This document shows, in pieces, positions 19,853-29,393 of a stretch of 64,000 nt of DNA; position 1 is the stretch's first letter; each line of letters begins with the position of its first letter. This DNA comes from an uncultured virus (IMG/VR IMGVR_UViG_3300026196_000001) (Duplodnaviria > Heunggongvirae > Uroviricota > Caudoviricetes): the IMG/VR virus record IMGVR_UViG_3300026196_000001; one strand, written 5' to 3'. The position numbers and the translations under genes were made by a program. A model generated the notes under the pieces. It did no database searches. It saw only the letters and a list, made by a program, of their open reading frames with translations, and was not told the origin of the DNA.

Positions 19853-21655
19853 ATGAAGCTGCTACTACCCATCCTGCTGTTCCTGACGTCCGTCGTCAGT
19901 GGGCAAAGCATCCTGGTCTACAACCCCACGCCATACCCGCGACAGCAGGTGGTGGTATTCGGCATCCCCAAGGGGCAGGCACCGAAGGGCTCTGAGATCC
20001 TCTACAAGCTCCCCACAGTGGACGTCTGCACGGCTAGGGTTCGAGTCCCAGCCCACCACAACGGCTATGTGAGCGTCGCACAGGGCGCTGCGGCCCCCTC
20101 TCCTGGCCTCGGCTTCGACTTCAGTGCGAATCTGCCCATGAGCATCAACGGGACCGCTCCCTTCAAGGAGCTGACCCCCATCGCTGCGAACACCCAAATG
20201 CTGGTCCGCCACCTCGTGGCCAGGACCAAGACAGGCCTCATCGGGCACCTGATCGTCTACCAGGGCTTCGGGGAGGACTGGTGCCGCTACGAGTTCGTGA
20301 TCGCCGCCGAGTTCCTGGATGCCGCCGAGAAGGTCGTCACCGCCGAGCTGGTCCTCGGCGGGCAGAACACCAAGGTAGACCGCCTGATGCCCACAGAGCA
20401 GACAGGGAAGCTGCGCGACCGGCAGGGCTTCGGGTCCTACGGCGCGATCATCGCCCCGGCACACTCCGACGAGACCCTGATGGAGATGTCCACCAAGGCC
20501 GGGCTGCGGATCTGGGAGCTGACCGTGTGCGGGAAGTTCGAGCGCTGGGGCCCGTGGGGCGTGCCCCCTGCTGGGAGACACCTCGACCGCAACATCCGCT
20601 TGGGCCTGCTGGACCACCGCGGGATCATCCTCGACAAGCACCCCGGGAAGACCGGCGAGCAGTTCGGCTTCGGCGTGACCAAGCACCTCGACTGCCAGCG
20701 GCCCGGACAGATCCACCGGCTCGCGCACGATCGCGCCGCTGTCCTCCAGGAGGCCTGCCGCCCGATCTGGCTGTTCGAGCCCGACGGGACGCTGCCGATC
20801 ATCAGCAAGCATCCGCAGTTCATCAGCTGGGATGAGACATGGCACTGGCACCCGAACATCGGGCGCGACCGCTTCGGCCGCACCTACTCGCACGGCGGCT
20901 GGTATGAGGGCTGGATCGGAATGGACCGGCAGCACTACAGCGCGGTCGCCCTGTCCGAGGACGTGCTCCTGCGCGGTGGCTTCCTGTCGCAGCTGATCCT
21001 GAAGATGAAGGTGTTCCACTTCCTGACCGAGATCGGCTACCCCACGTCAGGGCGTGCGCTCGGCCGCTATATGTTCGCGGCCAGAGACCTCTACCTCGCG
21101 ACCGGGGACGAGCGCATCATCGCCGAGATCCGGAAGCGTTGGCTCCCCGAGTTCAAGAAAAACTGGACAGCCGTGAACGGACACTGGGTGCGCCTGACCG
21201 ACCTCCTGGAGACGCGCCCGTTCGTGCTGCGCCTGATCGCCGACGATCCCCACACCAAGATCCCCGGCAACGAGTGGGTGGTCTGGGAGGACGGCATCGC
21301 CGTGCAAGGGCTCGATGTTCTCGGCCGTCTGCTCAACGATCCGGAGATCACGCTCGCTGCGTTCCTGCTCGGGCGCTCCGTCGTGCAGCACGGGTTCTCG
21401 CCCAACGGGAGGATCCTGAAGGCCATCAAGTGGACGGCACCGCTCGCGCCGCTCGGCCCGGAGCTGGCGGACAGTGCGCAGACGAACTACACTGAGTGGG
21501 CGCTGCCTGGACTGGGCGTCACGTTCCTGCACGCCGTCAATCTCCGCGACCAGGGTCTCCAAAAATCTCTGCTTCTTCTGCTGCTCCCGCTCATGCGCAG
21601 CGAGTATGGGAACCTGGACTCCTACCGCGGACTGCTGGGGACGCGTGGCAGCTGA
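19853..21655 (+). CDS. Secreted 600-aa protein, possibly carbohydrate-active (N-terminal beta domain + helical barrel)
   Basis: Signal peptide MKLLLPILLFLTSVVSG; VYNPT..PR...V.FGIP; GRALGR...LYLATGD. Function is inferred. Confidence 0.6.
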   Translation: MKLLLPILLFLTSVVSGQSILVYNPTPYPRQQVVVFGIPKGQAPKGSEILYKLPTVDVCTARVRVPAHHNGYVSVAQGAAAPSPGLGFDFSANLPMSINGTAPFKELTPIAANTQMLVRHLVARTKTGLIGHLIVYQGFGEDWCRYEFVIAAEFLDAAEKVVTAELVLGGQNTKVDRLMPTEQTGKLRDRQGFGSYGAIIAPAHSDETLMEMSTKAGLRIWELTVCGKFERWGPWGVPPAGRHLDRNIRLGLLDHRGIILDKHPGKTGEQFGFGVTKHLDCQRPGQIHRLAHDRAAVLQEACRPIWLFEPDGTLPIISKHPQFISWDETWHWHPNIGRDRFGRTYSHGGWYEGWIGMDRQHYSAVALSEDVLLRGGFLSQLILKMKVFHFLTEIGYPTSGRALGRYMFAARDLYLATGDERIIAEIRKRWLPEFKKNWTAVNGHWVRLTDLLETRPFVLRLIADDPHTKIPGNEWVVWEDGIAVQGLDVLGRLLNDPEITLAAFLLGRSVVQHGFSPNGRILKAIKWTAPLAPLGPELADSAQTNYTEWALPGLGVTFLHAVNLRDQGLQKSLLLLLLPLMRSEYGNLDSYRGLLGTRGS

Positions 21656-22166
21656 ACGGTGCGGCATCTGCGGGTGCCTGACCTACAGCCTGGAAGAGCA
21701 CGTCGTCGCTTGCGAGCGGCGGCGTCGCGACAGCTTGGCCCGAGACGTATCGAAGGCCTGCGACAAGCTGGACTACGTGGCCCACCGACTGCCGAGGAGC
21801 AGCAGGGCCATCCATCAGGACCTCTGGGATGTCCTGATGACGTTTGAGGTGGCGCTGGGAGAGCTGAAGGCCCACGCCCTGGAGATTGACCCACACGAGG
21901 ATAGAGGAGCCATGAGGTGCAGCCGCTGCGGGGAGGACGTTCACAAGAGCAAGATGGATGGGCATCCGTGCGAATACCTCCGCCGGGCCGGGGTCGCCAA
22001 GCGGGCCTTCCGCCTCCAGCGGTCGCTCCGGCGGACCGTGATGCGAGCCGAAAAAGAAAAGATGCCGGAGTGGCTCACGGTCTATCTGCGTGGTATGCTT
22101 TTGAGTATCGAAGATCTGGGCCGGGAGCTGGTCCACCACCGCAACGAAGCTAGGAGAACGAAATGA
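21645..22166 (+). CDS. Hypothetical protein with two CxxC...H/C motifs
   Basis: CGIC...H...C and CSRC...H.C; start uncertain. Confidence 0.55.
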   Translation: MAAERCGICGCLTYSLEEHVVACERRRRDSLARDVSKACDKLDYVAHRLPRSSRAIHQDLWDVLMTFEVALGELKAHALEIDPHEDRGAMRCSRCGEDVHKSKMDGHPCEYLRRAGVAKRAFRLQRSLRRTVMRAEKEKMPEWLTVYLRGMLLSIEDLGRELVHHRNEARRTK

Positions 22167-22597
22167 AGAAGGTCTTTGCCTTGGTCTGCATCATGCTGGC
22201 CATGGCCTGTGTGGGCACTGCTGCCCGAAACGAGGCGCTGATCCCCGCGATGCGGGCGACCTGGGAGTCGTCCATCGCTGAGAGCGTGACGCTGGGCGGA
22301 GGGGATCCCGCGCCCATGACCGAGGCCCTGAAGTCCGGCGAGGTCGAGAAGATCATCGCGGTCAGCTGGGGCGAGATGCGCGACCAAGCGCTGGCTGGCA
22401 TCCGCAAGTTGCAGCGTGATGGCGACATCGGCGGTAACGTGGCCCTCATCATGATGAACGAGGTGGCCATGTTCGACCGTGCCATGCGCGTGCTCTCAGG
22501 GGACGCTGCCCTGGTCGCTCGACGAACCGGGGTCCGCGAGGGCGACCGGATCACCTACCGCAACAACTACCTCCGGAGGTCCACCAATGTTCGATGA
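22163..22597 (+). CDS. Putative lipoprotein
   Basis: AGGAG RBS; MKK-hydrophobic-LAMAC lipobox-like. Confidence 0.65.
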   Translation: MKKVFALVCIMLAMACVGTAARNEALIPAMRATWESSIAESVTLGGGDPAPMTEALKSGEVEKIIAVSWGEMRDQALAGIRKLQRDGDIGGNVALIMMNEVAMFDRAMRVLSGDAALVARRTGVREGDRITYRNNYLRRSTNVR

Positions 22598-22871
22598 AGC
22601 CCTCAACCTCATCATCGACGCCGCCAAGGAGTTCGGTCGCGACATCGACGCCGATGCAGTGCGGGAAGCAGTCAAGACCCAGGCCCGCCTGCTGGCAGCA
22701 GCCTACGGCGAGCCGGGGTATCGGAGGGCACTCATCAGTGCCCGGAACACGGTCGCGCTTGCGGCCGGTATCGACGCGGTCGAGGCGGGAGATCTCGCCG
22801 ATGCCCGCATCCGTGGCGTCATCGAGGGAGTCCTCGGGATCGCCGCCAAGGTCATGGGAGGCCTGATCTGA
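22587..22871 (+). CDS. Hypothetical helical protein
   Basis: GGAGG RBS before ATG (MFDEAL...). Confidence 0.7.
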   Translation: MFDEALNLIIDAAKEFGRDIDADAVREAVKTQARLLAAAYGEPGYRRALISARNTVALAAGIDAVEAGDLADARIRGVIEGVLGIAAKVMGGLI

Positions 22872-23068
22872 TGAACGCCATCAAGAAGATCCTGAAGAGC
22901 CGCCGCGCACGTGTCGCCATCGCTGGTGCTGTGTTCGCGGCCCTGGCAGAGCTGGGAGTTCCCGGCCTGTCCGAGGCCACGGTCCTGGAGATCGTGACCC
23001 TCACCGCAACGCTGATCCTCGGGATCAGCATCGACAAGGAGAAGACGCCCAGTGACGACGCCAGCTGA
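22871..23068 (+). CDS. Holin-like small membrane protein
   Basis: Basic N-terminus (KKILKSRR), two hydrophobic segments, charged tail. Confidence 0.55.
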   Translation: MNAIKKILKSRRARVAIAGAVFAALAELGVPGLSEATVLEIVTLTATLILGISIDKEKTPSDDAS

Positions 23069-23621
23069 CGAAGTCCTGGAGCAGGCCCGCGCCATGCGGG
23101 CTTCTCTTTTGAGTATGGGCGGCAACGTCGCCGTCTCCCGCGCCCAGGAGATGCTGAACTGGAGCAAGCGGGATCAACGTGAACCCACACTCGGGGAGGT
23201 CGTGCAGGCACTGGCTGTGCTGCTGATCGTCGCCGAGCGCAAGCTACTGGAGGGGTCCTATGGAACTGAGTGAACGAGCACAGCAGGTATACACAGAAGC
23301 GCGCAAGAGGTGTGGCTTCATCCTCACCGAACCCCAGGCTGTCGAGGAGGCGCTCAAGCAGCCCATCCCGGAGTTCGTGGTGCAGCTCTGTGAGATCGCC
23401 GCGGATGCCGCTGACTCCCAGAGGAAATCCGCCGACTTCTGGAAGGAGTCTTCCGGTGAGTGGAGAGACCACTACCAGCGGACGAGGCGGGAGCGCCAGG
23501 ACCTCTTCGGGCTGCTCCGGATGGCACTCATGGAGCTGAACTCTGGCCGTCATGCCGCGCAGGGTGATCACCCTGTCGCGATCCACATCAAGGAGAAGCT
23601 GCGCAGTCTCGGGGAGGAGGA

Positions 23622-24308
23622 GTGATGAACCAGACAACCATTCTCGCGTGGCACTTCACCGCTAGGGACAGGCTCCGTGACGGAAATCCCGTCCCACCGA
23701 TCGGCGAGAAGCTCACCCACGAGGGGCCACTGACGATGTGCCGATCCGGGCTTCACGCATCTACGAGGCTCATGGACGCGCTTGGCTACGCGCCTGGTGC
23801 CATGCTCCATCGCGTGGAGTGCGCCGGGGAGACGATCACCGAGGAGGACAAGCTCGTGTGTCGCGAGCGCACGATCATATGGAGCCTCGACGCTGAGCCG
23901 ATCCTGCGTGAGTTCGCCCGATGGTGCGCCTTGGAGGTGATCGACCTATGGGATGCTCCTGACGTAGTGCGGGAGTTCCTGGAGACCGGCGACGCGACAT
24001 TGCGGGCTGCTGCTCGGGCTGCTGTTCGGGCTGCTCGGGCTGCTCGGGCTACTCGGGCTACTCGGGCTGCTTGGGATGCTGCTTGGGCTGCTCAGGATGC
24101 TGCTGCTTGGGATGCTGCTCGGGCTGCTCGGGCTGCTGTTCGGGCTGCTCGGGCTGCTGCTGCTTGGGATGCTGCTTGGGCTGCTCAGGATGCTGCTGCT
24201 GGGGCTGCTGCTGGGGCTGCTGCTCGGGCTGCTCAAGAAGCCAAGCTAATCGAGATGGTCGAGACCAAGCGCGCAGCCGCGAAGGAGGAGACCACCGATG
24301 GACAATGA
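23622..24308 (+). CDS. Phage protein with Ala-Arg/Ala-Trp low-complexity tract
   Basis: CRSGLHAS...DAL.YAPG, EDKLVC.ER; AARAA/AAWDAA repeats. Confidence 0.8.
   Translation: MMNQTTILAWHFTARDRLRDGNPVPPIGEKLTHEGPLTMCRSGLHASTRLMDALGYAPGAMLHRVECAGETITEEDKLVCRERTIIWSLDAEPILREFARWCALEVIDLWDAPDVVREFLETGDATLRAAARAAVRAARAARATRATRAAWDAAWAAQDAAAWDAARAARAAVRAARAAAAWDAAWAAQDAAAGAAAGAAARAAQEAKLIEMVETKRAAAKEETTDGQ
24003..24234 (+). repeat. Tandem GCTGCTCGG/GCTGCTTGG codon repeats
   Basis: Directly visible low-complexity tract. Confidence 0.9.
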
Positions 24309-25303
24309 ACTACTGCTACAGAAGCTGAACGCCCTGACGGAGCGCGTCGAGGCGCTGGAGGGGAAGAAGCGAGAACCGCGCATCTGCGCATCTTGCGGAA
24401 AGCCAGAGGACAATCACCCGTATCGGCATATGTTCGAGCCGCAAGAGTTTGCCAAGCAGCCCGAGCCCGAGATCGACATGGGAGAGATCCCTCATGCAGA
24501 TGACATCGTGAACCAGATCAACCTGCGTGTCGCTCCGCCCGAGCCCGAGATCCCCGACGAGGACCGGGCCGAGTGCGCCGAGAAGGACAAGCGCATCGCG
24601 GAACTCAAGGCGCTGCTGCGGGAGGCAAAGCGTCGCCACTACTACTGCGCGGACCCTTGGTATTCGTGCCCGAAGGCGGACGGAGGATGCGCTAATGAAG
24701 CCCTCGACGATGAGTGCGACTGCGGGGCGGACGAGTGGAATGCACGCATCGACGCCAAGCTCGGGGAGCAGGAGTGATGAGTGGCAAGCTCTATGACAGC
24801 ACGGGCAGGGAGATCCGCGAAGGTGACCTGCTCCGCAGTCCGCACTTCAAGGCCCGTGGTCGGTGGAACTACCTCTACCACATCGCCTTCGTCCACACAG
24901 GCACAGGCAAGATGCGCGCAGCGTATGCGGCCTCGGTCTACGAGAAGGGCTTCACGCTGCACAACAGCTGCGGGCTGTCGCAGAAGCTGACCGACGACAT
25001 GACCATCATCTGTGGCCACAAGGGAGATCCCTGGGGCGAGGACTTCTACAACCGCCCGCGCAGGGGGAGGGCGTGATGGCCAGCTGCGAACGATGCTGGG
25101 CAGCGGCGCGACGGAGAGCCGAGCTTTCGATGTCGGACAACGTGTCGGAGATCTACGAGAAGCTGATCAAAGACAGCGACTGCACGCCGGAAGAGCAGGC
25201 TGGGCCTTCCGCAACCGGCTGCCCGAAATGCGGTCGCAAGACCGTCCACCAGTGGGCCAAGCTGTGCATGTCGTGCGGGTGGGACCCGCTGAAGAGGGCC
25301 TAG
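24298..25303 (+). other. Three coupled hypothetical genes (24298-24777, 24777-25076 YopX-like start, 25076-25303 Zn ribbon)
   Basis: Overlapping start/stops; D..GREIREGD; CxxC pairs. Confidence 0.6.
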
Positions 25304-25926
25304 TCCCGCAGCATGTCGCGGAGCACGGCCTTCGTGACCGGGGTCATCCAGCCCATCCACCCGACCGAGACCTGGACGAAGCCCTGATTCTGGACGGACA
25401 CCGCGCGCACTACGCCGATCAAGTGTCCATCTTCACTGAACACCGGACCTCCGGACGAACCGCCGATGATCTGCGCGCTCATTGTGTCCGGTCCGCAGAT
25501 CCGCCCCTCTGTGATCCTTCGGATTCCTGGGCCAGGGTAGGCGATGATGATGCACTTGTCCCCGAGCTTGGGCAGTGGTCCAGCGATGACGGAGCGGATG
25601 CGCCTGTCGACGACCGGCACGAACACGGTCGCGAGGTCGAGCGTCGGGTGCTCCTTGATGACCTTGATCCCGGTGCGGATGATCCCATACTCGGGGTGGC
25701 TGGCCATCATCTGCGAGCCGATGCCGCGCGTCACGTGCTTCGCCGTCATGAAGATGGTGCCGTTCCGGAGCTTCAGGATCGGGAACATGGTCCCGTGCCC
25801 CCTCGGGGAGGAGAGCTTCCAGCTCTGCTGGTAGTGGAAGGGTCCGACCTGGGGCTCGACAGTGGTTGCGAGCGCGATCGAGACGGCGAGAAGGGGAGCG
25901 GCGGCGAGGACCAGGAATGACTTCAT
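25300..25926 (-). CDS. Secreted trypsin-like serine protease
   Basis: Signal peptide; TAKHV (His), DLA (Asp), GGSSGGP (Ser); GGAG RBS. Confidence 0.88.
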   Translation of the reverse strand: MKSFLVLAAAPLLAVSIALATTVEPQVGPFHYQQSWKLSSPRGHGTMFPILKLRNGTIFMTAKHVTRGIGSQMMASHPEYGIIRTGIKVIKEHPTLDLATVFVPVVDRRIRSVIAGPLPKLGDKCIIIAYPGPGIRRITEGRICGPDTMSAQIIGGSSGGPVFSEDGHLIGVVRAVSVQNQGFVQVSVGWMGWMTPVTKAVLRDMLRD

Positions 25927-26010
25927 GAAAATCTCCGTTGTTTTTGCGAGTGCCACCCCACCCTGCGCGGAGCAGCGGTCCCTCAAGTATACCATGGCAT
26001 CGGCATCTTG

Positions 26011-26108
26011 GGGACAGGAAAAAAGAATGATCGGCACCCCCAATAGGAGGGCCAGGGTGGCCTACCTACTGCGAACCGGTCGCAAGACCTGAAGTGCCCA
26101 TGCCATGG
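26011..26108 (+). repeat. Imperfect ~95-bp direct repeat, copy 1
   Basis: GGGACA..AAAAAGAATGAT..CCAATAGGAGG..CTGCGAA..TCGCAAGA..CCCATGCCATGG shared with 29301-29393. Confidence 0.8.
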
Positions 26109-26318
26109 ACAGGACACAGCGGTCCCATGCCATCGGGCCTTCAGCGGCAGCGTGCGGAATCGCACACCCCGGGCCCGGTCGGGTGGAACCGTGCGAAAGG
26201 CTACCCCGCCGCGGTGCAGCCTGAAGGGGGAATCTTTTTTCTTTTTCCGCCGCACGCGGCCCGCTCGGTGTGTAGTCTTCCTCGGTTCAACCACACACGC
26301 ACACAAGGAGACACGAAC

Positions 26319-26870
26319 ATGACCGACACCAAGCCAACCCGGAAGATCCGCCAGCTCAACAACTACGGCGACGCCCAGTTCCCGCTCTACCTCGTCGACG
26401 TGCCCGAGGTGGGCACCGAGATGGAGGTGAGGCCGCTCGGCAATCGCCGCTTCCACGTCGTCGGTGCGCACAAGGAGAGGGGCCCGGACGGGCTCCCCGT
26501 CGCGAATCCGGTCCTCGTGAATGGCAAGGCCTACCGCGGATCGGCCATCGTAGAGGCCTTCCTGGGCGGCGGGTATGCGTCCTCGATCCCCGGCACGTCG
26601 ATCACCTTCGTCAGCGGTGTGGGGCAGCAGATCATCGGCCAGGACCGGGTCAAGTTGGTCGGGGCCATCTACGACGCCCTCGACGACCTGCGCACGACCT
26701 ACCCCGAGTGCGACGCGCTGGCCACGATTGCGCAGTCCCAAATCGACGAGCGCAAGGCCATCAGTGAGCTGATGGACGCCACCGACGCGCTGATCGGGGC
26801 CCGTAGTCGGTTGACCACCGCCACTCGGCGCAGGGATGAGGCCCGTGAGTTTCTGCGGAGACTTTCGTAG
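26319..26870 (+). CDS. Putative early protein (leader type A)
   Basis: Leader CACGCACACAAGGAGACACGAACATG. Confidence 0.8.
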   Translation: MTDTKPTRKIRQLNNYGDAQFPLYLVDVPEVGTEMEVRPLGNRRFHVVGAHKERGPDGLPVANPVLVNGKAYRGSAIVEAFLGGGYASSIPGTSITFVSGVGQQIIGQDRVKLVGAIYDALDDLRTTYPECDALATIAQSQIDERKAISELMDATDALIGARSRLTTATRRRDEAREFLRRLS

Positions 26871-26933
26871 AATCTTCCGCACGCGGCAGGACAAGGCTGT
26901 ATAGTTCAGCAGTTCAAACAAGGAGCACACACC

Positions 26934-27197
26934 ATGAGCAAGCAAGAAGAGATCCTCAAGCTGCTGGCCGACATCGCCAAGGGCTACGGCCGCAAGGGCG
27001 AGAAGACCAGCGATCCCATCCTCAACGCCACCCGCAAGGCACTGCGGTCCCTCTCCGACAGCATCTACGATGCCCTCTCCCACAGAAAGGGCAGCACTCG
27101 CCACAAGCTGGCGCTGCACGACCTGCGACAGCGTGCGACCGTCGCGAACGACGCTCGTCGGGTGCAGGAGATCAGGGACGAGAGGGGGGAAGTCTGA
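26934..27197 (+). CDS. Putative early protein (leader type B)
   Basis: TATAGT -10, AAGGAG RBS. Confidence 0.8.
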   Translation: MSKQEEILKLLADIAKGYGRKGEKTSDPILNATRKALRSLSDSIYDALSHRKGSTRHKLALHDLRQRATVANDARRVQEIRDERGEV

Positions 27198-27286
27198 CCG
27201 TGATTTTCCCCAGAAGATCCGGCACGCACCCGCGCAAGCGGGTAGTATTCAGCGGTTCAAAGACACGCACACAAGGAGACACGAAC

Positions 27287-27775
27287 ATGGGACGCAACGA
27301 AGACTTCCGGCGCAAGGCCGAGCACATCAGCAACATCTTCGGCGGCACGCTCGTCGAGAACGAGAAGGTCGTCGCACTGGCCGACTACCTGGGCCTGTGT
27401 CCCGAGGAGGACGTCGCCGGTCCGGAGGGGCTCGGTGGGGACGAATACCGCACCCCCAGCGGGAACACCTACAGGGTCCTCACCGATGAGGAGGCCAACA
27501 ATGCCGTGGCCGACTACATCCGGGAGAGCCTGTGGGGTTTCCTGCCCGGATTCCTGGAGGACTACACCCCCGACGGTGTGGACGCCGACATCCTCAGCGC
27601 ACTCCAGCAGTCCAGGTGCGAAGATGCGAACCCCGCATTCCTCGCCCTGGTCGGGGACAAGCTGGACCAGCTAATCTCCGATGTCATCGAGGCCGACGGC
27701 CGCGGGCACTACCTCTCCGACTGGGACAGCGAAGAGGACGACCTGGGCCACGGGTATTTCGCCTACCGAATCTGA
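27287..27775 (+). CDS. Acidic putative early protein (leader type A)
   Basis: 26-nt leader identical to that of 26319; YRVLTDEEA, DGRGHYLS.WD. Confidence 0.8.
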   Translation: MGRNEDFRRKAEHISNIFGGTLVENEKVVALADYLGLCPEEDVAGPEGLGGDEYRTPSGNTYRVLTDEEANNAVADYIRESLWGFLPGFLEDYTPDGVDADILSALQQSRCEDANPAFLALVGDKLDQLISDVIEADGRGHYLSDWDSEEDDLGHGYFAYRI

Positions 27776-27839
27776 AAAATCTCCGCTTCTTTCGGGAGGC
27801 GGGGGTATAGTTCAACAGTTCAGACAAGGAGCACACACC

Positions 27840-28460
27840 ATGAGCAAGACCATCGACATCGTTTTCAGCCGCGGCGAGGATCGCGGCCCGCACGGCTACC
27901 CCGTGTTCTACGCCGACGTCAGCGGCGACCGCATCGAAGGCAGGCTGGAAGTCCTGCCCGGCGGCGACGGCCGGGTCGACATCATCACCGGATACGACGA
28001 CAGCACGCCCGAGCGCAAGGCCCGCACGATCCTCATCAACGGCGTCGAGCACGAGGGCCGGGCCACGCTGAGCGACGGCACCAGCCCGACCGAGAACGAC
28101 CGCCGAACCGGCGAACCGCCTCGGGATCGCGGCCGGTGGCGCTACCGCTACCCCCACGGCTATTTCCGCTTCGGCGGCGGCGGATCCTTCGAGGACCTCA
28201 CCGACTCGGCGCGGGGCAAGCTGCACCGACTCTGCGAGCTGCTCGCGACCCAGCTCCCCGACTTCCACCCCTGGGCCTACGAACTGGGCGACCTCGCCAG
28301 AGCCAAGGCCGACGCGGACGACAAGGCCAGAGCCGTCTTCGAGGCCCAGCAGCACCTCTCCACCCTGGAGGACGAATACGTGGACAAGGTCAACGCCGAG
28401 ATGGACGCCCAGGCCATCGTCAACCGCTTCGAGCGTGCGGCCGAGGAGGGGCGGGTATGA
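27840..28460 (+). CDS. Putative early protein (leader type B)
   Basis: Leader nearly identical to that of 26934. Confidence 0.8.
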   Translation: MSKTIDIVFSRGEDRGPHGYPVFYADVSGDRIEGRLEVLPGGDGRVDIITGYDDSTPERKARTILINGVEHEGRATLSDGTSPTENDRRTGEPPRDRGRWRYRYPHGYFRFGGGGSFEDLTDSARGKLHRLCELLATQLPDFHPWAYELGDLARAKADADDKARAVFEAQQHLSTLEDEYVDKVNAEMDAQAIVNRFERAAEEGRV

Positions 28461-29215
28461 CCCACTACCACCACCTCAACAGCACCGACAAGATCGGGGA
28501 CAGCATCATCCGCGCGTGGGGCCTCACCCCACTCAGCTACCGCTTTCTCTACACCTTCGAGCGTGGGGAGCGCTTCCCGCTGATCCTGCCCGATGCGACC
28601 GCCTACGGCGACTACTTCGGCTACGCCTCCGACCGGGCGAACCAGGAGGAGCTGACCGAGGCCCTCGACGAGATCGAGGAGGCCCGTGGGATTGACCTCT
28701 ACCGCATCGTCCACGAGCGCGGCGGATCCCACACGCTGGTCCTCTACCCGCGGGCGCTGGCCTTCCCGGAGATCCGGGAGCTGCTGGAGGCCCTCGAATC
28801 TCACCCAGTTCTCGACGATGACCGGACGCAACGCATCGAGGAGGAGCTGCGCGCCGAACAGTGGGACCAGATCATCCGCGAGGACTTCCGGGCCGAGCTG
28901 GCCGGGCTGATGCCCGAGACGTGGGGCACTGAGACGTCGCAGGAGACGCCCCAGGACCTCCCAAGCCTCAACCCCTTGGACTACCCAGGGTCCGGCTGGA
29001 ACGGCTCCAGCGGGCTCCCATGGGTCGAGGACGACGCCCCCGACGCGGACGAGGTCCTGGAGGCCTTGACCGACGACGACCTCGACGAGCTGTTTCACGA
29101 GGGCTGCGAGCTGGCAGGCGAATACGTGGAGGAGGAGCGATACGGGGAATACCGCTGGCCGCTGGTCGACGCGGCCAAGGCCCTGGGATGGGACGCCGTC
29201 GCAAAGCGTCTCTGA
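28457..29215 (+). CDS. Very acidic putative early protein
   Basis: ATGA overlap, GGAGG; D/E-rich. Confidence 0.78.
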   Translation: MTHYHHLNSTDKIGDSIIRAWGLTPLSYRFLYTFERGERFPLILPDATAYGDYFGYASDRANQEELTEALDEIEEARGIDLYRIVHERGGSHTLVLYPRALAFPEIRELLEALESHPVLDDDRTQRIEEELRAEQWDQIIREDFRAELAGLMPETWGTETSQETPQDLPSLNPLDYPGSGWNGSSGLPWVEDDAPDADEVLEALTDDDLDELFHEGCELAGEYVEEERYGEYRWPLVDAAKALGWDAVAKRL

Positions 29216-29300
29216 AAATCTCCGCTTCTTTTGCGGACCGAATACCGTGTGTGCTGGAGGGCGTGGCTCGTTTCGATGAGTCGCGCCTTCCTCTTTTCCT

Positions 29301-29393
29301 GGGACAAAAAAGAATGATTTGGGGGTCCAATAGGAGGACCTCGGCCCCCGCACCTGCGAATCATTCGCAAGAGTGGAAAGTCCCATGCCATGG
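29301..29393 (+). repeat. Imperfect ~95-bp direct repeat, copy 2
   Basis: Matches 26011-26108. Confidence 0.8.

Noticed and set aside
23946..24328. Cys-rich metallothionein-like and Ser/Pro-rich ORFs
   Set aside because: Alternate-frame and antisense readings of the GCT repeat tract
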